A stretch of 64,000 bases of DNA, from the NCBI GenBank assembly GCA_028534125.1, contig CM052828.1, forward strand, positions 60,822,001-60,886,000, given 5' to 3'. This document shows, piece after piece, positions 35,742-47,090 of the stretch. This DNA is from Lama glama. Its lineage: Eukaryota. Within the stretch, counting starts at the first letter, position 1. Every line of letters begins with the position of its first letter. The position numbers and the translations under genes were made by a program. Below the pieces are notes generated by a model. It saw only the letters and a list, made by a program, of their open reading frames with translations, ran no database searches and was not told the origin of the DNA.

Positions 35742-37270
35742 TTAAAACAGCTTTTATTTCTTAGGACGGTTCCAGGTTGACTGAGATTCTTGGGGGCCGT
35801 GCAGAGGCCCACGTACCCCATGGCCAGCCTCCCGTCGTTAACGTCGTACGTGTTTGTGGTGCACTTGTCACAGGTAAGGGCCCAGTGCTGATACGCTGCT
35901 ATTTAGTGAAGCCCTGACTTTACTCAGGTGTCCTCATTCTGTGAGAGGGCCCCATCCGACACGGCGTGACATGCAGTCGTCACACTTCCCTGGGGCCCTC
36001 GTGGCGCTGACAGCCCCTCAGACCCGCCTTGTCTTGGTGACTGGACGGCGGGGAGGATGCGTACGGGCAGGGGTTCTGTCGCATGCTCCTCGGTGGGTTT
36101 GTCTGGCTTCTCCTGGTTAGACTGGGGTGTGGGTTTTGGGAGGAAGACGCCGGAGGCTCAAGCCAGCCACCTCGTCCTATCGGGGTGCCTGCCGTCACCA
36201 GGACTTGTCACTGCCGGTGTTGGCTCTGGCCCCCCGGCAGAGGGGTGACCGTCAGGCCCCCCGGCACAGCTGCTCCCCCACCCATTTACGGTTTGTGCCT
36301 CTGGAACCAGCTTGCTTGCGCAGCCCGCACCAGAGGAATATGAACACGTGACACCGTTTTACTTAAGGGTGTCTGCATTGGTGCTTGAAATGCAGGTTGA
36401 CCTGTGGCTCCTGTTCGGTCTCGGTCAGATTCTGGTATCAGTGCTTTGTTCTCTTCATGAAAAGCACTCGGGTTCATCCTCTCCCTGGACCTTGAGTGTG
36501 AAGCAGCTTTGGAACCACCCGTCTGTGAAGGCCGGCAGGACCCCCGTGAGACCGTCTGGGCCTGATGCTGTTGGAGGAGTCGCCCTGGGCAGCTTCCTCT
36601 CTTCCTCCTGTGGAAATCGGTCTGTCTGAGGAGTTAGGTGTACCCTGAAAACCGCCCGTTTCACCCAGGCCTTCGGACCTCACTGTGCGGCCGCACAGAG
36701 CGGCTGCTGAGGTTCCGCACGGGTCTCATTTCCAAGACTGGTGCCCATCTCATCCCTCATTCTGCGTGTTTTCACTTTCTCTTGTCTCCGCTAGGTTAGC
36801 TGGTGGATCTGTTTTGTGGTTTTTACTTCCGGAAACCAGTTCTTAACTTTCATTCTGCTGGTTTTCCAACTTCTACTTCATTTGTTTCTGCTTTTGCCTC
36901 TATTTCTTGTGCTTTATTTCTCCTTTAAAAATCCTTCGAGCTCCTGCTCGATTCATTTGTTCTTCCAAGGCGTTAATGGAACGAACCTGCTCACGCTTCC
37001 GTGCCCCTCGCCCCCGTGATGCCCTCCCCCACCGGCGTCACGCCGCTGCGCGCACCTCAGTCTCAACACCTCTTGGTTCATGGCACCAGCGGGGCAGACC
37101 CTGAACCCTGGTGTTTCCTTCTGGGCGCCTAGCCCAGGCTCGCACCTGGGTACGCAAGGATGGACACGTGTGTCAACTAGATCTCCACAAAGCTGTCGTG
37201 TACGAAGTCTGCCGCCAGGCGGGTGGGTTTTAATTCCGTGGCTGTGAGCTTCAGTAAGCCCCCAGCCCCC
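35742..37270 (-). mobile_element. Old L1 fragments (L1MC-like 3' end followed by ORF2-derived pieces)
   Basis: 'ggttagactggggtgtgggttttgggaggaagac', 'tctggtatcagtg', 'gtgagaccgtctgggcctg' and a pyrimidine-rich antisense-L1 pattern. Confidence 0.55.
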
Positions 37271-37429
37271 GGGCAGTCTCTGTCTGTGCTGAAACTGTGC
37301 GGGGCCTGCTCTCTCCCTGCCCAAGGCCTGTCCCATCCTCACTGTCTCCCGTGGGGCACCTGACCCCACCCCACAGAGAGAATTGAATCGGTTGCTGGAG
37401 CGCCTCCTGCCAGTCGTGCCCGCACCTGC

Positions 37430-37590
37430 CGTCCTGCCTGTCCCTGCCCGGACCTTTCCCCACTCAGTGCCTCTGCCTGTGCCTGACCTGACCCCAGCTG
37501 CCCTTACCTGTGCCCCACCTGGCCCCACCTGTGTCCCATCTGACCTTACCTGTGTCCCGTCTGACCCCCCCTGAGCTCCACCTGTTCCCC
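37430..37590. repeat. Degenerate C-rich tandem repeat (ccttacctgtgtcccrtctga-like)
   Basis: Repeated 'acctgtg(t/c)ccc' units. Confidence 0.5.
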
Positions 37591-39195
37591 CGGGCCCCCT
37601 GTGCCCTTATTCCTGGCCCCACACCCCAGCCTGCGGGGAGCTCCCTCTGGGGCAGGCCCTCTCCATCTGTACTGTGGGGGGGCTGCCACCTGTCCCCTCA
37701 CGTTCTCCCAGGCAACCTTGCACCCTTCCTGCTCCGCCCCGCACCCCACCCTTGGACCCCGCCTCAGGTGCACCCCTCCCCCGGGCAGCCCCACCCTTGG
37801 GCCAGCGCACGTGAAGGGCCCCGGGGCCTGTGCCGACACTGGCCGCTGTGGACTCAGTGTCTCTGTGCTTCTGCTCTTTCTTGCTCAGCGTGCACGGAGA
37901 CTGGTTGGTTGATTCAGATTCACCTGAAGGCGTGAAGTCCTGTGAGAGGGCTTTCCGTGTTGAGGAGCTTCCCCAGTCACGTGTTCTGAGAGATGGCCGC
38001 TGGGTCAGAGCTTGCTGTCGCTGTCTTAAAGTGCCGTCTTCACACCGCGGACGGGAGCCGTGGTTTCGCTTTGGAAAGTAGACACAGCGGCAGGTTTTGA
38101 TCGGAACTGCTATTGTATCTGGTCCCCGCGTGGTCGGTGTCTCTGGTCTCGTTTTAGCTGCTGTGAAATCTGATGTCAACAAGTAGCCAGGCGACTTGGC
38201 CAGTCTCGCTCTTGGAAGCAGCGTTCAGTCATTTTATTGGCACCATCTGTGACTTTGAAATGCAGTTCTGTATTTATTAAATTAAGTAGACCATGAAATG
38301 GGTTTGAGACACAATGCTGCGTTTCTCCATGCCTTGATGGACCCAACAGCCGGTGAGATTTCTCTGTATAACCTCCCCCCAAATATCAGGGCTGGCTGAA
38401 CTATGCATCTGTAACAATTTTCTTTCCTCCTCTTCTTAACTAAGCAGACCCACCACGTACTTTTATGCCTTTTCATGGAACCCCATGTCTCCCACTGTCT
38501 GAAGTCGCTGTCGTAAGCTTCGCCACTTCTCCTGACGTTGCGAGTGGAGCCCGCTGTGCCCCCTCCTCTTAGGTCTTTAGCAAAATCACTGCAGAAAACA
38601 GCAGGGTTGCTCTGAAGCTCATTCCCCAGTCACTCCTCCAACCCCGAGGAACCTGTGGCAGCCGGAGTTTATCCTCCCCTCGCCGCCCACCCGGGACGGT
38701 CGGAGCCCTTCAGCTTCTGCGCCCACCTGGGCCTGTCCTCGTGGCCCCGCGGTCAATACGAACACACAGGTCCTCCTTCTCCTCCCGCCCCTTCTGTTGT
38801 TCTTTATTTGACCCTTTTAGATAATTTTTTAACTGGATTTCTAAAGAATTAACTTCAGAGAAACAGTAACGGCCATGTGTGACAAGTGTGCTGCACAAGG
38901 GTAAGTGTTTACAGTCCGCATTTCCCATAAAGACTCCTGAGAAACGCGCTCCCGCAGTAGCTGATTCACAGATGTTTTCAAGCAAAATATTTGATTGTTT
39001 TCAGACCGGGGAAATCTCTTGGTCTGAGGTAATGACAAGATACAGACGCATCGCGCCCCCAGTGAGCACATCACACACCTCCTTGTCGAGTCCTTCTCTT
39101 CTCCCTGGAACATCTTCCCAATAACCAGCGTTAAATCACAGGCTTCCACCAAAAGCTTGTCAACTGCGTTAAAGGGCAGGTGCCCAGTGGGAGAA

Positions 39196-39550
39196 CTGTT
39201 AGCGTCCTGGGGCCGCGGGACAACGTCTCACAGACTGAGCGGCTTCAGCGACAGGACCCCGCTCTCTCACGTCGGCGGGGCAGGGCGCCGGCAGGCCGGT
39301 CCCTCCCAGGCTGTGCGGGAGGGTGTGTCCCAGGCTCCCCCGGCGTCTGCTGTTTCTGGAGACTGTGACTCGCAGAAGCATCACCTGGCTCTCCACGGTC
39401 GTGGCGTCTCCCTGTGCTTCCGTGTCTGAATTCCCCACTTTTATAAGGACACCAGTCATAGTGGACACCTCGCTCCAGGAAGACCTCGTCTTACCTAATG
39501 ACATGCAGTCTCCGTGGGAGCCGAAGGTGGGAGCCCTGACGGGGGTCAGG
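39196..39550 (-). mobile_element. MaLR solo LTR (MLT1-like)
   Basis: 'cacagactgagcggcttcagcgacagga', 'ttttataaggacaccagtcata', 'gacctcgtcttacctaat'; shares an identical 20-mer with the LTR at 22165. Confidence 0.72.
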
Positions 39551-40837
39551 GAGGCCGCCCCAGGCCCCCGGTGCACCGAGGACAGTAGGACTGAGGAACA
39601 TGGAAACGACACAGCTTTTACAGAAGAAAACATCCACACGTGGAAGAAAGAAAAATGTCACCTTTGAGTTTCCGTTTCCAGGTGCGCCTGTAAGCGACAG
39701 GTGAGGAACCTGTTTTACACTCTGAGGAAGGTAAGGCCAAGTCACATCCTTGTCATCTGAGGGCCTGCACCTGGGGGCCGGTGGGAGGAGCAGGAAGAGA
39801 CAGCGGCCTGGGGTCGCAGCCGCGGCAGCCCGGAGATCTGGGGCCGGGCCGTGCCCTTTCTTGGGCCGTCCTGTGCCTTGTAGGATGTGGGCAGCACGGC
39901 TGTCTCTGCCCACTCTACGCCAGCAGCCCTAGTCGTGACAGCCAGGCTGCCTCCTGACGCTGCCCGCTGCCCCGGGCTCAGATGGGAGGTGAAACTCCAG
40001 CGCAGCTGGTCTGCAGGGCCGGCGGCGAGCTGGGTCGGGGCCCAGGTCTGCAGCCGGAGACCCGGCCCTGAGCCCGCCCTGGGCTGCATGGACGAGCTGC
40101 GAGCAGGGCTGGGACCACAGGGCCAGAGCACCCTGCTTCCTTGCAGGTCGGCCCGCGGGTAACTCCGAGGTCCCTCCGCTCCCTTCAGCAAAGATTTCAC
40201 TTCTCATTTTTTTGACAATAAGTATTTTAATTCTTTAAAATCATCTTAACCCCTTTTCACGCAGACCTTGAAGCTCCTTTTTTTTTTTTTCACCATAAGC
40301 GACTTGTAATTGGTTAATTTTGCCACCACTGCAGACGCGGTCGTGGCTCATTTCCCTGTGTGTCTGGGGTCGGGAGTGTCCTTCACGGTGCGGCCTCCCC
40401 AGCGCCTGGCAGGTGGGAAGTGCCGACATCTGGGCACGACGGACGCAGCGTCTCGCTGGCACTGGGCGAGGGGTGTCTGCTGGGCAGGTGCTGCCCATGG
40501 TCACCTGCGTGTGGAGAACCTCGTTGGTCAGCTCTCAGAGGGTTTCAGGTTACGTTAAACAGCCGGCTTTGTTTTGATTTGAACCACGATTTACACCAGC
40601 AAGAATGCCTGGAGGGTGCAGGGCAAGGACGGCTCTTGACACTCACCCCCGCGGGGGACGACCTGGAACTCCAGGTCCTCCCCGTCGCTGGGCCCCCTCT
40701 GCCCGCTCGACCCCCTCAGGCCAGCAGGTGGTGCTGCTGAGCCACCGAGGCTGGGCGGCTTTCTCCTTTCCTACTCGGGGCTCAAGTGTGTCGTCCCCAG
40801 AGGGATGGGGGCGCTTCTGGCGGCCAGTTCGTTATTG

Positions 40838-40948
40838 TGTTGTTTGACTGGGGAGAGGTAACTGGGCTTATTTCGGGGAGGGCTCGGGATTGACCCGGCA
40901 CCTCGTGCATGCTAAGCATGCACTCTGCCGCCTGAGTTACTCCCTCCC
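40838..40948 (-). mobile_element. tRNA-derived SINE (camelid-type)
   Basis: 'gggattgacccggcacctcgtgcatgctaagcatgcactctgccgcctgagttactccctccc' is the antisense SINE head. Confidence 0.75.
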
Positions 40949-41219
40949 TGCGGACGGGCACGTTGGATGAGCGGGGAGGTCCAGCGGTCCCCGTGGAAGC
41001 CGAGAGGCCCCCAGGGCCCTGGGGCACAGGCTTGTGTGCGGCCTGGACCCACACGGTGGGTTGCACGCAGGCCGCCCTTCCCGCCGGGTGGGAGCCTGGC
41101 CGGGTTTCTCCACCGGCTGCTGGATGGTTGCGGGGAAATGGGCGAGAGTGGCTTGTGATGAGCTTGATGCCGTCCCGGGGGCTGGCGCTGGAGTGCGGGC
41201 TCTCTGGTTCGCCGCTCAC

Positions 41220-42030
41220 TTTATTCTTCACAGCAGCTTTATTAGGCACAATTCACGCCTGCCTCGTACGTGCAGACCTCGGAGATGCTGTGGGTTTGGT
41301 TCCAGACCAACAGCAGCCGGGCAAGGATCTCGGTGAAGCGAGGCACACGAAGCTGTTGGTTTCCCAGTGCATTCAGCCGGTACGTTCACACCACTCTGTT
41401 ATGTGTGCAGTAGCATTATGTCTTTTATAAAAAGACATTTGTTAAAAATACTTTACTGTTAAAAAATGCCAGCCATCCTGTGACAACCCAGAGTTGGCAC
41501 AACCCTTCAGTTTGTAGAAGTGCAGAATCTGGGAAGGAGAGTAAGCAAGGCCTGCCTTGCCGTTCAGCGTCACCCCTTTAAGACGCACAGCTCAGTGGTT
41601 CTAGTGTGGGGCAGGCCTCACCGCCACCTAACGCTAGACCGTTCCCGTCCCACCAGAGAGACCCCGACGCAGGAGCACACGCCCTGCCCCTCCCCCGCCC
41701 TCGGCCCCCACGGCGTGGCCTGTCCTGGGCGTGTCGTGTGCACGGATCCCGCACCACTCGGCCTCTTGTGTGCAGCCGCTTTCCCCAGCGTGTTTCCAGG
41801 GCACGTCCGGGTGGCAGCATGTCCGTGCTTCCTTCCGCTCCACGCTGGCTCGTGTCCCCGTGTGGACGGACCTCGTTCCCTCCTCCACAGCAGATGGACG
41901 TGCAGGGCCTCTCCGCGTCTTGGCTGCCGTGAACGCTGACGTCCAGGTGTCTTTGTGGCTGTGCTTTCCTCCCTCTTGGGCGCGGACCTGGGCGTGGAGC
42001 TGCTGGTCACATGTAACCGTCTGGGGAGCC
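41220..42030 (-). mobile_element. Old L1MB-like 3' fragment interrupted by a Tigger element
   Basis: 'cagctttattaggcacaattcac' resumes after the Tigger as 'tcacccctttaagacgcacagctcagtggtt...gatggac..ttggctgccgtgaac..gtggagctgctggtcacatgtaac'. Confidence 0.6.
41269..41558. mobile_element. Internally deleted Tigger1-type DNA transposon (MITE)
   Basis: 'acctcggagatgctgtgggtttggttccagacca...ttggtttcccagtgcat...gtgtgcagtagcattatgtct...aaaaatactttactgttaaaaaatgc' joined to the opposite end 'cacaacccttcagtttgta...aaggcctgcct'. Confidence 0.75.
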
Positions 42031-42597
42031 CGGACTCGCCCCTCCCGTCCCCACCAGCCGGGTACCAGGCCCGCCTCTCCCCGCCCTCCGCAGCCGGGCC
42101 CTTGTCCGTCGTTTCCATCGTGGTTGAGGGGGCGCCGTGGGGGTGAGGGGTTAGTGGTCACCCGCCCTGAGTGGAGCCAGCCATCCAGACCAGGGCCTGG
42201 GGGCGGGGCCGTGGAGGCCCTGGGGTCTCCCCTCAGGAGCCGCAAGGCAGCACACAAGGGCCCCCTTCTCCCCCCAACCCTGGCCACCATCTTGGAGGGA
42301 AGAGGGGAGTAGGGAGAAAATCTTAAGATAAGGATTTATTCAGAAACACGGTTCCTGAGAAGCACCAGTGAGGTGATTGTATTGGGCCGAACTCGCCTGG
42401 GAGACGACGTTTTAGTTTCTCCTGTGGCTCCCGCCCAGGGAGGTCGCAGCCAGGACCAGAGGGCCCGCTGTCTTTGGACGCCTGGGTCTGCAGGTCCCGT
42501 CTGCAGCCCGGCCTCTGCTGCACCAGGGCTGGCCAGCCAGTGGGCGCTTCAGACACCTGCTCGGGGCTGCGAACCTCTCAGGCAGCCAAGCCGTGAA

Positions 42598-42675
42598 CTG
42601 GGTTCAATCCCCACTACCTCCTCGGAAAATGAATAAGCGTAATTATCCCCCCCAGAAAATTAAAAAAATAAAAAC
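42598..42675 (+). mobile_element. SINE 3' fragment (camelid-type)
   Basis: 'ctgggttcaatccccactacctcc...taattatccccccc..' plus A-rich tail. Confidence 0.65.
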
Positions 42676-42699
42676 CACTTTTAAAAAGTGCTTTTCAGT

Positions 42700-42925
42700 A
42701 GGGGCTTTCAGGGCGGTTGAACTGCCCTGCGTGTCGCTGTAACGGTGGCCACGTGACACTGTGCACTCGTCAGAGCTCAGAAACCGCCCAACACACGGTG
42801 GTCTCTGATGTGAACTGCAGGGTTAGTTACTAATAACACAGCAGCATTTGATCCTCAGTCCATCGCCTGCACCGCACCAGCGCGGGAGGTGCTCGTAGGA
42901 GAAGCAGGGACGGGGGAGCTCTGCC
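42700..42925 (+). mobile_element. Old L1MC-like 3' UTR fragment
   Basis: 'gtaacggtggccacgtgacactgtgcactcgtca', 'tgatgtgaactgcagggttagtta'. Confidence 0.5.
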
Positions 42926-43499
42926 CACAGATAAAGACTACAGTAACTTTCACCTCAAAATGAGGAACACAGAAGTAGCTGTGACCCACAGAAGCGTAAC
43001 TGCTAGCTAGGTGCCTTGTGAGCCAGCAAACCGCTTGACTTTAAACCTACGTGGATGCACGTGTTCTACTAAATTAACGGTTGTAAAAACAGGCGGAAAC
43101 TGGCACGGATGGCAGTCACAGGTTTACTCCGGCCGCTCGAGGACAAGAGCTCATGTCTGCCCAACCTCCTGGGATTTTGCCGGGGCATGGGCTGGAGACC
43201 CCCAGAGTCAGCAACCCCCGAGTCGGCGCTCCCCTCAGGTTGGCGCCTCCCAGCCCCGTTCCACGAAGTTAGGGCCCCGTTTTATGTGGGCAACCGAGAG
43301 GCAGCCCCCTTTGTCGTCTCAGGAATTTTTTTGAATGAATTCACCCAGAGCCAGAGTGAGGTGTGTGTTTGGAACTGGTTCTGGGAGAGCTCTGAGCAGA
43401 TGTTTGTGCTCTGATGTAACTTTAAAAATTAACCCGCAAAGACCGCTCCTGGGGAGACGGAGCAGACGCACTTTCCCCGACCCCCCCGCCCAGTGAAGC

Positions 43500-46400
43500 A
43501 CAGAGCCCCGGACTTTATGTCTGAGGAGTGAGGCCAGCCAGGGGCCTCCGGGCCCAGGAAGGCGGTCCCCTGGGTTTTCTTTTGCCTCCTGTCCCCCACT
43601 CGGGAGCTGGAAAATCAGCTACTGGAAGCCCCAATGAGCATAAACTCCAAAAATCCCCAACCAAAGCCTGCTGTCTCCGCCAAAGGACCAGGAAAGGAAG
43701 GACAGAAACTTCTGGACAGTACCTGCTCCGTCCCAGACAGACTCCACAGGGAAGCACTGGCCCACCCACCTCCAGGCCCTGGAGATGACGGAGCCTAGAC
43801 GTCCACCCTCAGGAAGCCGCGGAGCCTCCCCCGTGCCCCGCGAGGCGCTGCGGAGCCGACTTTCACCCCGCTGGGTGGTGGTGAGTCCGTCCCCGGTGCT
43901 GACACTCTGAGGGCGGCCGGACCCCGTGGGGAGCCCGGACTTCCACACCCTTCCCGAGACTCCGAGGAGGCCCACCGGACTTCCGCCACCCCCACCACAG
44001 TGACAGCGCAGACCCTCGGGGAGCAGAGCAAGGAGCCCCAAATCCTCCCAGCAGGGGGCGTCAGTGGCGGCCTCGTGGGGAGCCGGGACCCCGGCCCCTC
44101 AGCAGCGACAAGGACCTTCTGCCCCAGATGGCGACAGGGTCGCCGGCGCTACTGCCGAGGAGCCTGGACTCTCCTGCACCCCCGACCCCCGGCCGTGAAG
44201 GAACGGCTCCCACCTACTGGAACGCCCAGAGGAAGTCAGCCAAAGCAGCCGATCAAAAAAAATCCTGGGTCTCATAATACAAAACCGCCCACGTTTGCAT
44301 CAAAACTAGTTGTCATATCAGGAACCAGAACTTCTGGCCGCTGGAGTCACAGAAGGAGAGAAGACAGAGGCGGAAGAAACGCACTCAAATAGAGGCTGAG
44401 AACTGCCCCGCGCTGCCCGACAGGCACACCCGGGTAGTTAAGAGGTTAACAGAACTCCAGTCAGAATAAACCCCCTCAAACCACACAAGGTGCAGAGTCG
44501 GATTTCTGAAAACTGAAGGCAAAGGAGCATCGCTTGAAAAGCACAGACCACCACAGCTGTCACCAGAAGACAGGTCGTGGGAGTGGTCTGAAGCTGTTAA
44601 GGACTCTGAATTCGTAATTTAAAAATTCTCAGAAAAAGAAATCCTCAGATCAAGATGGTTTCACCCAGGAATTCTACCAAAAGCACTTGAACAGCAGCTC
44701 TGCGCTCTCTCCAGGCAACACCATCGCTTCATCTCTGGGGGCTGCTTGCGCGGTGATGCCAAAGCCAGACGGAAGGAAGAAAGCTGTGGGCAGCATCTCC
44801 CGTGAACACAGACACAAGAATCCACAACAAAGCATCAGCCAATAGCATGAAGCAACGTATGAAAAGAACTATTCACTGTGGCCACGTTAGGTTTCATCCA
44901 GGAATGCAGGGCTGGTTTAATATTTGAAAATTGATGTGATGCACCATGTTAACGGACTAAAGAAAAATCACACGATCCTTTCGATCAGTGCAGAAGCAAG
45001 TCCTTAAGTTGTCCATGAGTGTTTGCCACAAACTCCCACAGCCAACACCACGCTTCCCCGTGCAGGTGGGAGCCGTGTTCTCGCTGCTCTTGCTCGGCGT
45101 TGCTGGACGTCCCAGCCAGCGCAGTGAGTCAGGAGAAGGAAATAAAAGGCGTGCAGACTGGCAGAAGAATTAAGCAGTCTGTTGACAGACGACATGAGCA
45201 TCTTAACTGTGAACCCCAGGGACCCCACAGGAACGCTGCTAGACCTGGTAAGTGGGTTTAGCACGGCTGCAGGATACGTGAGACACACTGGAAGATCGAC
45301 TGTGTTTCTCTCTACAGCAATGAACACGTGGGCACCAAAATTAAAAACGATACCCATTACGATTACTCATAGAAAAGTAAATACTTAGGTGCAACTCCAA
45401 CAAGACAGGCACAGGGCTGGAGAACCAGAAAACGCTGACGAGGGAACCCAGAGAAGACGTAAGTGGTCAGCGAGACCGACTGTGTTTGTGGAGCGAACAT
45501 CTCCAATAATAAAGACGTCAGCCTTCCCCAGCTGATCAACGGGATTCCTGTCAAAGTCCCAAGGCACAGACGAGATTATCGTAAATATGTATGCACTCAA
45601 AGGAGCCAGAGTGCTTAAAACATCTCAGAAAAGCAGGATGGAGCAGGAGGGCTAGTCCAAGGGATACCAGGGCCCGCTTCTGCACTCTGATGAGGACGGT
45701 GCAGACGCCGGAGCAGAGCAGAGAACTCGGACGCGGCCCCACCCACCGCGCCCACTGAAGTCTGACGAAGCTGGCAGGTCAGTACAGTGGAGGAAAGACA
45801 GCCTTTCAGCAATGACGCTGGGGCAGTGGGACATCGGAGACAAAACGACAACCAGGAAACAACCCATGACCGAAGTGTCACATCTTAGACAAAAACTAAC
45901 CCAAAGCGGATCACGGATTTAAACGTAAAGTGTAAAACCACAGCACTTCAGAAAAAACACAGTAGACGGTATTCAGGACCTAGAGACAGACGACGCGTTT
46001 CAGACTTGATGCCCAAAACATGGCCCGCAGACGGAAAAGCGGCAGATGAGACTCTGTCAGAATGAAAGCTGTATGCTCTGCTCGCCAGAGGACCTGCCGA
46101 GAGGGCGAGGAGGAAGCACCTGCAGGCCGCAGACAAAGGACTGCCTGCGTCCCGGAGCGCGCCGGCATAAGACAACAGCCAGCAGAAGGTGGGCAACGGG
46201 GGGAGAGGACGCACAGACGGCAAATAGGCACCTGAAGGCGAGCCGCACCCGCAGCCCCTGGGGAGACACAGAGCGGACCCTCCGCCGGGCGCCGCGCACA
46301 CCTGCCAGGAGGGCGAAGCTGTGTCGCCGCGACAGCGCCCAGCACCCGCGAGGCCCCTGGGAAGCTGGTGCCCGCGTTGCTGGGGGGGTGTAAAATGGCC

Positions 46401-46950
46401 CAGCCATCTGGAAACAGTGTGCCAGTTTCTCTTCAAACCAAACGGGCAGCTGTCATTGACCCAGGAATGGCACTGCTGGGCACCGTCCCCAGGAAAGGAG
46501 AGCGTTCACTCAGATTCACGTACACGAGCGTCCGCGGGTTTCACTCAGAGCAGCCAAACCTGGAAGGAACCCTAATGTCCTTCAGCGAGTGAGTGGTTAG
46601 AAGGAACTGGTCTGTCTACACTGTGGAACACGGGCCACACAGCAAGAACCAGAAGAACCACAGAACCACCTGGGTGCGTCTCCCGGAGTGAAAAGAGCCG
46701 GTCCCACAAGTTGTCTGTTGTGTGGTTCCACTGAGAGAACATTCCTGAAACAGCAAGACTGTGGAAATGGAGAGCGGACGAGTGGTCAGCAGGGCTCAGG
46801 ACGGGGGCGGGGAGGGCGGCGGCGGCTGTCGTACAGGGACCAGGTGTGCTGGCTGTGCTGGTGTCAGTCTCCGCGCTGTGACATCAGCTGTAGCTTTGCA
46901 CATTGTGCCTTTGGGGGGAAGGATCTCTCTGGATTGCTCCTTAGAACTGC
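43500..46950 (+). mobile_element. Large decayed L1 (5' region, ORF1 remnant, ORF2 RT remnant, 3' UTR)
   Basis: 44635-45000 follows L1 ORF2 (..DGFT.EFYQ.. and GFIPGMQGWFNI: 'ggtttcatccaggaatgcagggctggtttaatat'); 'ttgacagacgacatg' near 45182 corresponds to FADDM; 'tgtaaaatggcccagcca..tggaaacagt' near the ORF2 end. Many stops and indels. Confidence 0.85.
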
Positions 46951-46961
46951 ACATGGACCTA

Positions 46962-47090
46962 GGGGGAGGGTGCAGCTCAGGTAGAGCGCGTGCTTGGGTA
47001 CCGGGTTCAACCCCCAGTACCTCCTCTGTCAATAAATACGTGAATAGACCTAATTACCCACCCCCCCAAAATCTCTAAAAAAGATAAAAT
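46962..47090 (+). mobile_element. tRNA-derived SINE (camelid-type)
   Basis: GGGGGAGGGTGCAGCTCAGGTAGAGCGCGTGCTT..GGGTTCAACCCCCAGTACCTCC..ACCTAATTACC..A-rich tail; Pol III A/B-box-like motifs. Confidence 0.8.

Noticed and set aside
44600-46500. Functional reverse transcriptase gene
   Set aside because: L1 ORF2 remnant riddled with stops, frameshifts and deletions.
46962-47040. tRNA gene
   Set aside because: A/B-box-like motifs belong to a tRNA-derived SINE with several degenerate copies here; no cloverleaf.
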